This document shows, one piece after another, positions 1-7,968 of a stretch of DNA of 21,671 bases (its first letter is position 1; each line of letters starts with the position of its first letter). A model generated the notes under the pieces. The model did not search any database. It had not been told where the DNA came from and saw only the letters and a program-made list of their open reading frames with translations. Source of the DNA: Comamonadaceae bacterium (GTDB lineage Bacteria; Pseudomonadota; Gammaproteobacteria; Burkholderiales; Burkholderiaceae_C); NCBI GenBank assembly GCA_947448745.1, contig CANFOQ010000043.1:1-21671 (forward strand), in the 5' to 3' direction. Both the position numbers and the translations under genes were made by a program.

Positions 1-614
1 AGTTCGATTTGCCGTTGCAAATAAGCGTTGCAATGCATCAATTCTTCAGGGCTGGGGTTGCGTTTGTCTTGCGGATGGCATTTCACGGCGCTGGTGATCA
101 CCACCGTCTCAGGTGTTGGACTGCCCGCATGGCGCGACAAACCCATGGCTTGCAACATGGCGTCCAACAACACGCCTTCTTCGCCCACAAAGGCCATGCC
201 CGCCAGGTCTTCGGCGTCGGTGGGCGCGTCGCCCACAATCAGCCAATCCGCGCGAGCAACAGCAGCGCCGCTGGCAAACAAACTGTGGTGGCGGCCTTGG
301 CACAAACCACAGGCTTGACAACTTGCAGCGGCCTCTTTCAGGCCAGCCCAGTCCATCTGCGCCAAACCTTCGGGCAGCGGAGACAAAGTCACCATGGGTG
401 GCAGCACAGCCTTGGCCACAGGGGTCGGCGCAACGAGGGGAACCGCCGGCGCAGCCCGTTCTGCGGTTGCAGTTGGCAAGCCTTGGGGTTGCGCCATGGG
501 CGAGGACACGGCAGTCTCCAGCACAGGCGTGGGTGCCACCGCTTGCGGCGACCACACGCGCACACCCATCTCGGCCAGCATGGCGCGTTGACGTGGATCG
601 AGTTGCATGGTCAT
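1..614 (-). CDS. Uracil-DNA glycosylase, family 4 (partial; 3' end runs off the left edge)
   Basis: Absent from the ORF track because there is no stop in the window. Manual minus-strand translation from ATG at 614 gives MTMQLDPRQRAMLAEMGVRVW...EAAASCQACGLCQGRHHSLFASG...WLIVGDAPTDAEDLAGMAFVGEEGVLLDAMLQAMGL...SAVKCHP. The Cys cluster and the GDAP...FVGE.G motif are typical of family-4 UDGs. It lies directly downstream of rimI. Confidence 0.8.
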   Translation of the reverse strand, partial: MTMQLDPRQRAMLAEMGVRVWSPQAVAPTPVLETAVSSPMAQPQGLPTATAERAAPAVPLVAPTPVAKAVLPPMVTLSPLPEGLAQMDWAGLKEAAASCQACGLCQGRHHSLFASGAAVARADWLIVGDAPTDAEDLAGMAFVGEEGVLLDAMLQAMGLSRHAGSPTPETVVITSAVKCHPQDKRNPSPEELMHCNAYLQRQIE

Positions 615-624
615 GTGGGCAACC

Positions 625-1068
625 TTAACACTGCAAACGCATGACCACCGCGTCTTCGCGCTGGCCCAAATGCAGTGGATAGTAGCCACGGCGCAGGCCC
701 TCGGTGGTGAAGCCATGGGCTTGATAAACCTCGATGGCACGCTGGTTGCTGACCCGCACTTCCAGCCACAGGTGGTGCGCGCCGCGCTCTTTGCTCCATT
801 CGGACAGGTGTTGCAGCATCTTGCGCGCCCAACCTTGGCGTTGAAAATGGGGTGCCACCGTCAGGTTGAGCAAATGCACTTCATCAACACCGCGCATGGC
901 CACCAAATAGCCCGCCATCTGATCCTGCTCGAACCACAAAGGCATGTGGTAGCCCGAGGCCATGGAATCGATGAAGTTGCCTTGCGTCCACGGGTGTGAA
1001 TACGCGGCTTGCTCAATGTGCATCACATCGGGCAGATGGTGTGCTTGCATGGCGACAGCAGGCTTCAT
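625..1068 (-). CDS. rimI: Ribosomal-protein-alanine N-acetyltransferase RimI (GNAT)
   Basis: 147 aa ORF. The GNAT core is NLTVAPHFQRQGWARKMLQHL...LWLEVRVSNQRAIEVYQAHGF. Its start overlaps the tsaB stop by 4 nt (ATGA), the classic tsaB-rimI pairing. Confidence 0.9.
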   Translation of the reverse strand: MKPAVAMQAHHLPDVMHIEQAAYSHPWTQGNFIDSMASGYHMPLWFEQDQMAGYLVAMRGVDEVHLLNLTVAPHFQRQGWARKMLQHLSEWSKERGAHHLWLEVRVSNQRAIEVYQAHGFTTEGLRRGYYPLHLGQREDAVVMRLQC

Positions 1069-1775
1069 GCCACGGCAGCTTTCAAAGCCAAGCGTTCGGC
1101 GGTGGTGAGCGCCACTTGGTCGCGCACATACAGTGGCAGGGCTTGGTCGGCATCCACGGCTTCACCGCGAAGCCACGCCATTTGGGCCAATCGAAGCAGG
1201 GGCAAGGCTTGCGGCCAAAGCTCAACACACACTGATGGCGTGGTTTGTAAATCTTGCAAGCGGTGGTGCAACTCAGGGGCGGCCATGGCATTGCCTGCGA
1301 TGACACATTCGTGTGCTTGCCAAGTTGAAGGCAAGCGCACATCCGATGGGTTGAGCAATTGTGGTGTTTGAACGCAGTGCCATTGCGCGTCTTGCCATTC
1401 ATAGGCGGCCGCATAAACCTGTTGCATGCGGGCATCCATCAACACCAATACCCGTTCAGCCTGGGGACGTGCCGCCTCGGCCACGCACAACAACGTATCG
1501 ATGGGGAGCACAGGCAAATCAGCGCCTAAGGCCAAACCTTGGGCCACTGCGCACGCGGTGCGCAAACCCGTGAAAGCGCCCGGCCCACGGCCAAAAGCAA
1601 TGGCGTTCAAATCGCTCAAGGAAAGATGCGCTTGTTGCAGCAAATTCATGACGGCAGGAATCAGTGTGGCCGAGGATTGCGCGCCGCCTGCGCCTTCAAA
1701 AGCCCAAGTGGCTTCGCCGTGTTGAACGGCCACCGATAGCCGATCGGTGCTGGTTTCCAGTGCCAACAACTTCAT
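1065..1775 (-). CDS. tsaB: tRNA t6A37 threonylcarbamoyltransferase complex dimerization subunit TsaB
   Basis: The ORF 1065..2021 was trimmed to the internal ATG at 1775: MKLLALETSTDRLSVAV...IAFGRGPGAFTGLRTACAVAQGLALG. The upstream 82 codons are low-complexity and overlap the DMT gene. ATGA overlaps occur at both ends. Confidence 0.9.
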   Translation of the reverse strand: MKLLALETSTDRLSVAVQHGEATWAFEGAGGAQSSATLIPAVMNLLQQAHLSLSDLNAIAFGRGPGAFTGLRTACAVAQGLALGADLPVLPIDTLLCVAEAARPQAERVLVLMDARMQQVYAAAYEWQDAQWHCVQTPQLLNPSDVRLPSTWQAHECVIAGNAMAAPELHHRLQDLQTTPSVCVELWPQALPLLRLAQMAWLRGEAVDADQALPLYVRDQVALTTAERLALKAAVA

Positions 1776-2752
1776 GCTTTGGCCAAGGCCACTGGAGCCT
1801 TTCGCACGCCAAACAAAATGCCAAAGGTCACCAGGGACAGACCCAGCAACAAATGCCAACCCAAAGGCTCGCCCAAAATCACCACCGCGCCCAAGGCGGA
1901 CAAGCCCGGCACCAAGGAGGTGATCATGGTCGAGCGCACGGGGCCATAGTGGCGAATCATTTGGGTGAAAGTGATGCCCGAGATGACCACCGAACCGCCG
2001 CCTTGAAACAGCGCTTGCCACAGCACTTCAGAGACGGGCGCAGTGAACAAATGGCTGGGCAGCACTTGCAGCCAAGCCAACACGGTGTACAGCGGCACAA
2101 AGCTGAAAAAGGCAAAACAGGTGATGGCGATCGTGGCGGGAATGGCTTGCAGGTTCAAGCGTCGGCTCATGACGCTGTAGGTGGACCAGCAAAAACTGGC
2201 GCACAAAAACAAAACATCACCCACCCACACAGTGCCGCCGTCAAACGCATGCAACAAACTGCTGCCGCCGACCAACATGCCGCCGCTGATGATCAGCGCC
2301 AAGCCCATCAAGCGGTTGCCATGCAAGCGTTCGCCCAACAACAGCAAGGCCAGCAAACTGGTCCAGACCGGCAAAAAACCAGGCATCAAGACCGAGCCGT
2401 GGGCGGCGGGCGCAAAGAAAAAACCGTTATAGGCCAACATGGCATAGCCCAAACCACCAAACAAACCGAGGCGCCAAGTGATGTGCCAAGGCAGCGGCGA
2501 CAGACCGCCCAAGGACCCCAAGGCTTCACCGCGTGCTTTGGCCCGTTGGCTCAACCACCAACCCCATGGCAGCAAGACCACACTCGCCCCCACCATGCGG
2601 GCCCAGGCAATGTCCAAGGGCAACAAATGCCGCGAAGCGGAGGCGCGAGCGATGACGATGAAAGCGCTCCAGATAGAAACCGTGATGACGGCAGCCAACA
2701 GGCCGACGGTTTGGGGGGGCAGTTGCCGCAGGCGAAGAATAAAAGAGCGCAT
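1772..2752 (-). CDS. DMT superfamily (EamA-like) permease
   Basis: About 326 aa counted from ATG at 2752 (MRSFILRLRQLPPQTVGLLAAVITVSIWSAF...). It has about 10 hydrophobic segments in a two-EamA-repeat layout. Its stop overlaps the tsaB start by 4 nt. Confidence 0.85.
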   Translation of the reverse strand: MRSFILRLRQLPPQTVGLLAAVITVSIWSAFIVIARASASRHLLPLDIAWARMVGASVVLLPWGWWLSQRAKARGEALGSLGGLSPLPWHITWRLGLFGGLGYAMLAYNGFFFAPAAHGSVLMPGFLPVWTSLLALLLLGERLHGNRLMGLALIISGGMLVGGSSLLHAFDGGTVWVGDVLFLCASFCWSTYSVMSRRLNLQAIPATIAITCFAFFSFVPLYTVLAWLQVLPSHLFTAPVSEVLWQALFQGGGSVVISGITFTQMIRHYGPVRSTMITSLVPGLSALGAVVILGEPLGWHLLLGLSLVTFGILFGVRKAPVALAKA

Positions 2753-2800
2753 CCCGTGATTATCTGTGGCGAGGACCAAGTGCAGTTTCATAATCGGAAC

Positions 2801-4246
2801 ATGACCATGACAACGATCAAACCAGGCCGCGTTGACCACACCATTTCACACATGCCCGCACGTCTGGTTTGCGGCGTCATGTTGATCCTGGGCTTGCTGG
2901 GCGCAGCACATGGGCAAAGCAGCTTGCCGCCCGCCGTGGAAGACGCGTTGCAACGCGCCAAATTGCCACGCGACGCACTGAGTGTGGTGGTGTTGCCCGT
3001 GGGCGCACCCGGCACCCCCCGTTTGCAGCACATGGCCGAGGTGGCCCGCAATCCAGCGTCCCTCATGAAGCTGGTCACCACCAGCGCGGCGCTGGACCTG
3101 CTGGGCCCGGCCTTCACGTGGCGCACGCCGGTGTATTTGGACGGGCAGCTGCGTGGCGATGTGTGGCACGGGCAGGTGTACTTGCAAGGCAGTGGCGACC
3201 CGAAGTTGGGCGTGGAGCAACTTTGGTTGTTGCTGCGTCGCTTGCAAGGCATGGGCATTCGCAAAATTCAGGGTGACATGGTGTTGGACCGCAGTTTGTT
3301 TTCATTGCCGCCGCACGACCCCGCCAGCTTTGATGGCGAACCCCTGCGTTCTTACAACGCCGCACCAGATGCGCTGCTGCTGAACTTCAAATCCTTGCTG
3401 ATTCAATTCGTGCCCGACCCAGCGCACAAAGTGGCGCGGGTGCATCTGGAGCCGCCCCTCGCCGGGGTGCAGGTGCAAAGCAGCGTGCCCTTGATGGGTG
3501 GCGACTGCGCCGATTACCGCGCCAGTTTGAAGCCGGAGTTTGGCCATCCTTTGAACATCCGCTTCTTGGGTGGTTTTCCTGCCAGTTGCAACGACAAACT
3601 CTGGCCCGTGGCGTATGCCGACCCCGAGCAGTTTGCAGCGCGAGCGGTGCTGGGCATGTGGCAACAACTTGGCGGGCAACTCAGTGGCAGCGTGAGAGAG
3701 GGCCCTGTGCCCACGGCCTTGAAACCTGTTTTTGTTGCAGAGTCAGCCACGCTGGGCGAAGTGGTGCGCGACATCAACAAGTTCAGCAACAACGTCATGG
3801 CCGAGCAATTGTTTTTGACGCTGGCCGCACAACAACGTGGTCAAGCCACACCGGCCTTGGCCAAAGAAGTGGTGGACGCATGGTGGCGTGAACGCGTCGG
3901 CGGTGAGCCGCCCTTGATGGACAAAGGGTCGGGCTTGAGCCGAGCCTCGCGCATCAGCGCCCAAGCCTTGGCGCATTTGCTGCAGTGGGATTGGTCGCAG
4001 GCTTTCATGCCTGAGTTGATCGCGTCACTGCCACTCACCGGCGTGGACGGCACCATGAAGCGCAGCAAAAGCAGCGCCCATGCGCATTTGAAAACCGGCA
4101 GCTTGCGCGACGCCATGGGCATTGCGGGTTATGTAGATGGCCAAAACGGCCAGCGCTTTGTGCTGGTCGCCATGTTGAATCATCCGAACGCGAACCAAGC
4201 CCGACCGGTGATGGACGCCTTGATTGATTGGACGGCCGGGCGCTGA
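2801..4246 (+). CDS. dacB: D-alanyl-D-alanine carboxypeptidase/endopeptidase (PBP4, DacB family)
   Basis: This is the real part of the 860-aa ORF 1664..4246. It has a signal-like N-terminus (MPARLVCGVMLILGLLGAAHG). The PBP4 motifs are NPASLMKLVTTSAALDLLG (SxxK), FSNNVMAEQL (SxN) and HLKTGSL (KTG). Start is ambiguous: ATG at 2801, 2807 or 2852. Confidence 0.9.
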   Translation: MTMTTIKPGRVDHTISHMPARLVCGVMLILGLLGAAHGQSSLPPAVEDALQRAKLPRDALSVVVLPVGAPGTPRLQHMAEVARNPASLMKLVTTSAALDLLGPAFTWRTPVYLDGQLRGDVWHGQVYLQGSGDPKLGVEQLWLLLRRLQGMGIRKIQGDMVLDRSLFSLPPHDPASFDGEPLRSYNAAPDALLLNFKSLLIQFVPDPAHKVARVHLEPPLAGVQVQSSVPLMGGDCADYRASLKPEFGHPLNIRFLGGFPASCNDKLWPVAYADPEQFAARAVLGMWQQLGGQLSGSVREGPVPTALKPVFVAESATLGEVVRDINKFSNNVMAEQLFLTLAAQQRGQATPALAKEVVDAWWRERVGGEPPLMDKGSGLSRASRISAQALAHLLQWDWSQAFMPELIASLPLTGVDGTMKRSKSSAHAHLKTGSLRDAMGIAGYVDGQNGQRFVLVAMLNHPNANQARPVMDALIDWTAGR

Positions 4247-4457
4247 TCAAATGTCATCCCAGCGTCAATAGAGTGCAACATAATGCATTCATCGCCGATT
4301 CCTCAGCAGAAATTAGGGTATTGGAGGGCGAAAAAGATGAAAAACCCTGCATGAACTAGGTATTTACACGGTTGTTCAAGCGAGCAGAAATTTCAAGAAT
4401 GCGAGGGTTCGAAGTTTGAATACGGTTTTTCATACCGCTTTTAGAAGGAGTTGTCAG
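4247..4457 (+). promoter_or_regulatory. AT-rich upstream/leader region of the monooxygenase operon (candidate promoter, repeated TTCAAG-like hexamers, strong SD)
   Basis: This region is visibly the most AT-rich stretch of the window. A candidate sigma70 -35 TTTACA (4363-4368) is followed by a weak -10 AGAAAT after 17 nt. TTCAAG occurs at 4375 and 4392, TTCGAA at 4408 and TTGAAT at 4416, a period of roughly 16-17 bp for the first three. SD AGAAGGAG (4443-4450) lies 7 nt before ATG 4458. The promoter assignment is tentative. Confidence 0.35.
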
Positions 4458-5237
4458 ATGTCCACCTTGACCAGTCGTGATCTCAATATGTCCAGTTCGC
4501 AGGACACCACGTCCCGCTTCACCCTCAGCTATGTTTGGTTTGCTGTCGCCATGACGGTGCTGACCGGTGTTTACGTGTCCTACCGCGTCTACCAACAGAT
4601 GTACGGCATGTCGGCAGGTTTGGATTCCACCGAACCCATCTTCCAAGACATCTGGATGCGTTTGTTTTGGATTCAATTGCCCGTGCTGTTTGGCATCGTG
4701 GCCCTGATTCAGGTGTATCTGTTTGTCACCCGGGACCGCAACATTGACGCTATCACGCCCGAGGTTGAACTCAAGCGCTATTTCGCCCTGACCATGTGGT
4801 TGGTGGTCTACACCTTCACCTTCTACTGGATTGGCAGCTTTTTTGGTGAAGGCGACGGCAACTGGCACCAAACCGTGTTGCGTGATACACCCATCACGCC
4901 CAGCCATGTGGTGCTGTTTTACGCTTGCATTCCGCTGTACTTGATGTTCGGTATCGGCAGCTTCGTCTATGCCATGACCCGCATCCCCGCTTTCTGCAAA
5001 GGCATCTCCTTGATGCACGTGTTTGCAGTCGTTGGCCCTTTCTTGATCCTGCCCAACCTGGGCTACAACGAATGGGGTCATGCCTACTGGTTGACCGAAG
5101 AAATCTTCTCTCATCCATTGCACTGGGGCTTTGTGGTGCTGGGCTGGAACGCCTTGTCACTGGCGGGCGTCTTGATGCAAATCATTTCACGATTCCGTGA
5201 CCTGATGCCCATCGTTTTCAAGAACGAAACCGCCTGA
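4458..5237 (+). CDS. xmoC: Copper membrane monooxygenase subunit C (PmoC/AmoC/XmoC family)
   Basis: 259 aa from ATG 4458, preceded by a strong SD; the track ORF starts at an upstream TTG at 4416. Family hallmarks are SFFGEGDGNWHQTVLRDTPITPSHVV, YAMTRIP.F and LPNLGYNEWGHAYWLTEEIFSHPLHWGFVVLGW. Both Asp/His/His and Asn/His/His metal-ligand triads are present. Confidence 0.93.
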   Translation: MSTLTSRDLNMSSSQDTTSRFTLSYVWFAVAMTVLTGVYVSYRVYQQMYGMSAGLDSTEPIFQDIWMRLFWIQLPVLFGIVALIQVYLFVTRDRNIDAITPEVELKRYFALTMWLVVYTFTFYWIGSFFGEGDGNWHQTVLRDTPITPSHVVLFYACIPLYLMFGIGSFVYAMTRIPAFCKGISLMHVFAVVGPFLILPNLGYNEWGHAYWLTEEIFSHPLHWGFVVLGWNALSLAGVLMQIISRFRDLMPIVFKNETA

Positions 5238-5263
5238 ACGGCCTTTCCCACTAGGAACTCATC

Positions 5264-6115
5264 ATGAACACAGAAACACTGCAACACCCTCAGGGTGCTG
5301 CGGCAGGACAAGTGCACGCCAAAGATACTGTCATCAGCGTGTCGGGACTGTCGCCCAAGGCTCTTCATTTCTCCCGCGTCTTCGAACTCTTTGTGGTGGC
5401 CGCCATCATCATGCTGTTTGCCGGCGCCATCCACTTGCATGTGTTGCTGTTGGCTGGCGACTGGGACATGTTCTTGGATTGGAAAGACCGTCAATACTGG
5501 CCGTTGTTGTCGCCTGTGGTGATGATCATGTTCCCAGCGGCTTTGCAGGGCATTTTCTGGACCTACTTCCGCTTGCCCATTGGTGCGACCGTGGGTGCCA
5601 CCTGTTTGATGTTGGCCGTGTCGATTTCGCGTCCCGCGTCATTCATGTGGTGGACCGATTACCCCTTGAACCTGGTGTTGCCCGCGCAAATGATTGCCAG
5701 TGCGATTGTGTTGGACGTGTTTTTGCTGGTGTTTCGCAATGCCTTGTTCACCGCCATTTTTGGCGGCTTTGCGTTTGCGTTTTTGTTCTACCCTTCCAAC
5801 TACGCCATCTTTGCGCCGTTTTATGTGCCAGTCAGCCACCAAGGCATGATGGCCTCTATGGCCGACTTGATTGGCTATGTGTATCCCCGCTCGGCCACGC
5901 CCGAGTACATCCGCATCATTGAGCGCGGGACCTTGCGCACCTTTGGCGACTCGGCCAGTTGGGTCTCGGCGTTGTTTGGGGGCTTTATTTGCATCTTCAT
6001 GCACTATGCCTGGTGGTATTTGGGCATTGCCATGTCCTCCATGAAGTTCCTGCCCAACAACGCCAAAGTCATGGCCTTGATGGGAACCAAAGCGGATGTC
6101 AAAGCAAGTGCTTGA
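5264..6115 (+). CDS. xmoA: Copper membrane monooxygenase subunit A (PmoA/AmoA/XmoA family)
   Basis: 283 aa. Hallmark motifs are LLAGDWDMFLDWKDRQYWP, ATPEYIRIIERGTLRTFG and WWYLG, plus multiple TM segments. It lies 26 nt downstream of xmoC, in canonical C-A-B order. Confidence 0.95.
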   Translation: MNTETLQHPQGAAAGQVHAKDTVISVSGLSPKALHFSRVFELFVVAAIIMLFAGAIHLHVLLLAGDWDMFLDWKDRQYWPLLSPVVMIMFPAALQGIFWTYFRLPIGATVGATCLMLAVSISRPASFMWWTDYPLNLVLPAQMIASAIVLDVFLLVFRNALFTAIFGGFAFAFLFYPSNYAIFAPFYVPVSHQGMMASMADLIGYVYPRSATPEYIRIIERGTLRTFGDSASWVSALFGGFICIFMHYAWWYLGIAMSSMKFLPNNAKVMALMGTKADVKASA

Positions 6116-6140
6116 GCGCCAACCTTCAAGGGGAAAAATT

Positions 6141-7400
6141 GTGCTGTTGATTCAAAAAACAATGAAGTTGTTCGCGCTTTGGCTGGGCTTGGTGCTGGTG
6201 ACCGGTGTCGCCACCGAGTCGGCCTGGGCCCATGGTGAGCGTTCACAAGAACCGTACCTGCGTACTCGCACGGTGCAGTACTACGACGTGCATTACGACA
6301 AGCAAACGGTCAAAGTGAATGAAGAGTTCACCTTGATTGGCAAATTTCGTTTGATGGAAGACTGGCCCGATGCGGTCAGCTTGCCCGAGACCGTGTTCTT
6401 GGCGGCCTATGCACCAGGCCCCATGATCACCCGCGTGGAAAGCTACTTGAATGGCGTGCCTGCGCGTCAATCCTTCTCCAAACTGGAGTTGGGTCGAGAC
6501 TATGAATTCAAGTTGGTCATGAAAGGCCGCGTGCCTGGGCGTCACCACATTCATCCCTTGTTGTCTGTCAAGGGCTCCGGCCCCTTGGTCGGCCCAGGTC
6601 AATGGATTGAAGTCACGGGCAGCAAGGCCGACTTTGTGCACAAAGTCACCACCATGAATGGTGTTGAGATTGACAACATCGAGTTCTACGGCATCTCACG
6701 TGCATTGAAATGGTATGGCGTTTGGATTGCGTTGGCTGCCTTCTGGTTGCTGTTCTGGTTGGTGCGTCCTTTGTTGCTACCACGTTGGATCGCCTTGAAC
6801 AAAGGCCGCGAAGACGTGCTCATCTCCAACCGCGATGTCACCGTGGGTGTGATCTTGGGGGTCGTGGTCGTGGCCATCTCATTTGGCGGCTACATCTATG
6901 CCAACAAAGAGTACCCCTATGTCGTGCCCTTGCAAGCCGGCACCAACAAAGTGGACCCCTTGCCCAAGCCCATGCATTCGGTGGAGGTGACGGTGACGAA
7001 AGCCACGTATGACGTGCCAGGACGCTCCATGAACATCACGGCACGCATGACCAACCGGGGTGCCGAACCCGTGTCCATCCTCGAGTTCGCCACCGCCAAC
7101 CTGCGCTTTGTCAATCAGCAAGCGCCTGGCGCCGACAAAGCGGTGTCGGCGGACTACCCCCGCGACTTGGTGGCCCGTGCAGGTTTGGGCATGTCGGATC
7201 AAAAACCCTTGATGCCTGGGGAAACCCGCGAGATCAAACTCGAAGCCAGCGATGCCTTGTGGGAAGTCGAGCGCTTGGTGAGTTTCTTGACCGATGTGGA
7301 CTCCAAGTTTGGTGGACTGCTGTTCTTTGTCGACAAGTCGGGCAACCGCTTGATGACCGAAATTGGCGGCCCCATCCTGCCCACCTTCACGGCTTTGTGA
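6141..7400 (+). CDS. xmoB: Copper membrane monooxygenase subunit B (PmoB/AmoB/XmoB family)
   Basis: The signal peptide ends ...ATESAWA|HGERSQEPYLRTRTVQYYD, the same N-terminal His context as PmoB. GRHHIHPLLSVKGSGPLVGPGQWIEVTG carries the HxH. There are two central TM helices and a C-terminal cupredoxin-like domain. Start is either GTG 6141 (SD AAGGGGA 6 nt upstream) or ATG 6162; ATG 6096 would overlap xmoA. Confidence 0.92.
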   Translation: MLLIQKTMKLFALWLGLVLVTGVATESAWAHGERSQEPYLRTRTVQYYDVHYDKQTVKVNEEFTLIGKFRLMEDWPDAVSLPETVFLAAYAPGPMITRVESYLNGVPARQSFSKLELGRDYEFKLVMKGRVPGRHHIHPLLSVKGSGPLVGPGQWIEVTGSKADFVHKVTTMNGVEIDNIEFYGISRALKWYGVWIALAAFWLLFWLVRPLLLPRWIALNKGREDVLISNRDVTVGVILGVVVVAISFGGYIYANKEYPYVVPLQAGTNKVDPLPKPMHSVEVTVTKATYDVPGRSMNITARMTNRGAEPVSILEFATANLRFVNQQAPGADKAVSADYPRDLVARAGLGMSDQKPLMPGETREIKLEASDALWEVERLVSFLTDVDSKFGGLLFFVDKSGNRLMTEIGGPILPTFTAL

Positions 7401-7401
7401 G

Positions 7402-7965
7402 ATGCGCATGAAACGTGTTGTGATGAGTTGGTGCCTGTTGCTCGGTGCAACAGGTGCTTGGGCGCATGGTGGTTTGTCCATGGAACAAGACATGTGCAAA
7501 CTCACCGTTGGGCCCTACATGATGCACTTCGCGGGTTACCAAGAAGACGCACAGCGCACCGAGTTTTGTGAAGACATTCCGCACAAAGGGCCGACCATCA
7601 TCGTGCTGGATGTGGTGGATTTGGCTTTGCGTGACTTGCCCATCGAGTTTCGCATTGTGCGCAAAACAGATGGTCCTTTGGATGCTGCGCCCGAGGTCTA
7701 CAAACTCGCACCTGCGGTTTATCCCAAAGGCACTTTGATGATTCGCCACGACTTCATGGACGACGGCGATTACGTCGGTTTGGTCTATGCCGGCGCAGAC
7801 CGCAAACACAGTTCGGTGTTTCCGTTTTCAGTGGGCAAACAAGGCGGCTATTGGAAATACACCTTGGGCTTGGTCGGCTTGTTGCTGTTGGCGGTGTTTG
7901 GCTTGCAAGTTGGTCGACAACGCTTGCAAAAAGACATTGCCAGGCAAGGCCAAAACGAGGCTTGA
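7402..7965 (+). CDS. xmoD: PmoD/AmoD-like periplasmic copper protein with C-terminal membrane anchor
   Basis: 187 aa from ATG 7402, 1 nt after the xmoB stop. The signal peptide is MRMKRVVMSWCLLLGATGAWA|HGG. The motif C32-X7-M40-X-H42 (CKLTVGPYMMH) matches the C-X7-M-X-H signature I recall for PmoD. The C-terminal TM helix is YTLGLVGLLLLAVFGLQVG. Its position after CAB matches xmoCABD/amoCAB-orf4/5 layouts. Confidence 0.7.
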   Translation: MRMKRVVMSWCLLLGATGAWAHGGLSMEQDMCKLTVGPYMMHFAGYQEDAQRTEFCEDIPHKGPTIIVLDVVDLALRDLPIEFRIVRKTDGPLDAAPEVYKLAPAVYPKGTLMIRHDFMDDGDYVGLVYAGADRKHSSVFPFSVGKQGGYWKYTLGLVGLLLLAVFGLQVGRQRLQKDIARQGQNEA

Positions 7966-7968
7966 GAC

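Noticed and set aside
9-644. 211-aa and 171-aa plus-strand ORFs at the left edge
   Set aside because: They are antisense to the family-4 UDG reading frame, which translates cleanly on the minus strand. Their composition is Arg/His/Gly-rich.
1664-2800. N-terminal 379 codons of the 860-aa ORF 1664..4246
   Set aside because: Q/H/R/G-rich low-complexity sequence with no recognisable domain. It is antisense to the well-supported tsaB and DMT genes. The real dacB starts at about 2801-2852.
4247-4457. Sigma54 (-24 TGGCAC / -12 TTGC) promoter or FNR/CRP box upstream of xmoC
   Set aside because: I scanned by eye and found no acceptable match. Only weak sigma70-like hexamers were present.
4356-5123. 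255-aa minus-strand ORF opposite xmoC
   Set aside because: It is antisense to the strongly supported PmoC/AmoC-family frame and has no motifs.
4458-7400. Calling the operon ammonia monooxygenase (amoCAB) of a nitrifier or particulate methane monooxygenase of a methanotroph
   Set aside because: The flanking genes and composition do not look like Nitrosomonadales or known methanotroph loci. XmoA differs substantially (by eye) from the highly conserved beta-AOB AmoA. There is a single D-type gene, not amoE plus amoD. No hao/cyc or methanol dehydrogenase genes are in the window. A substrate-neutral xmo naming is kept. A phylogeny is needed to settle this.
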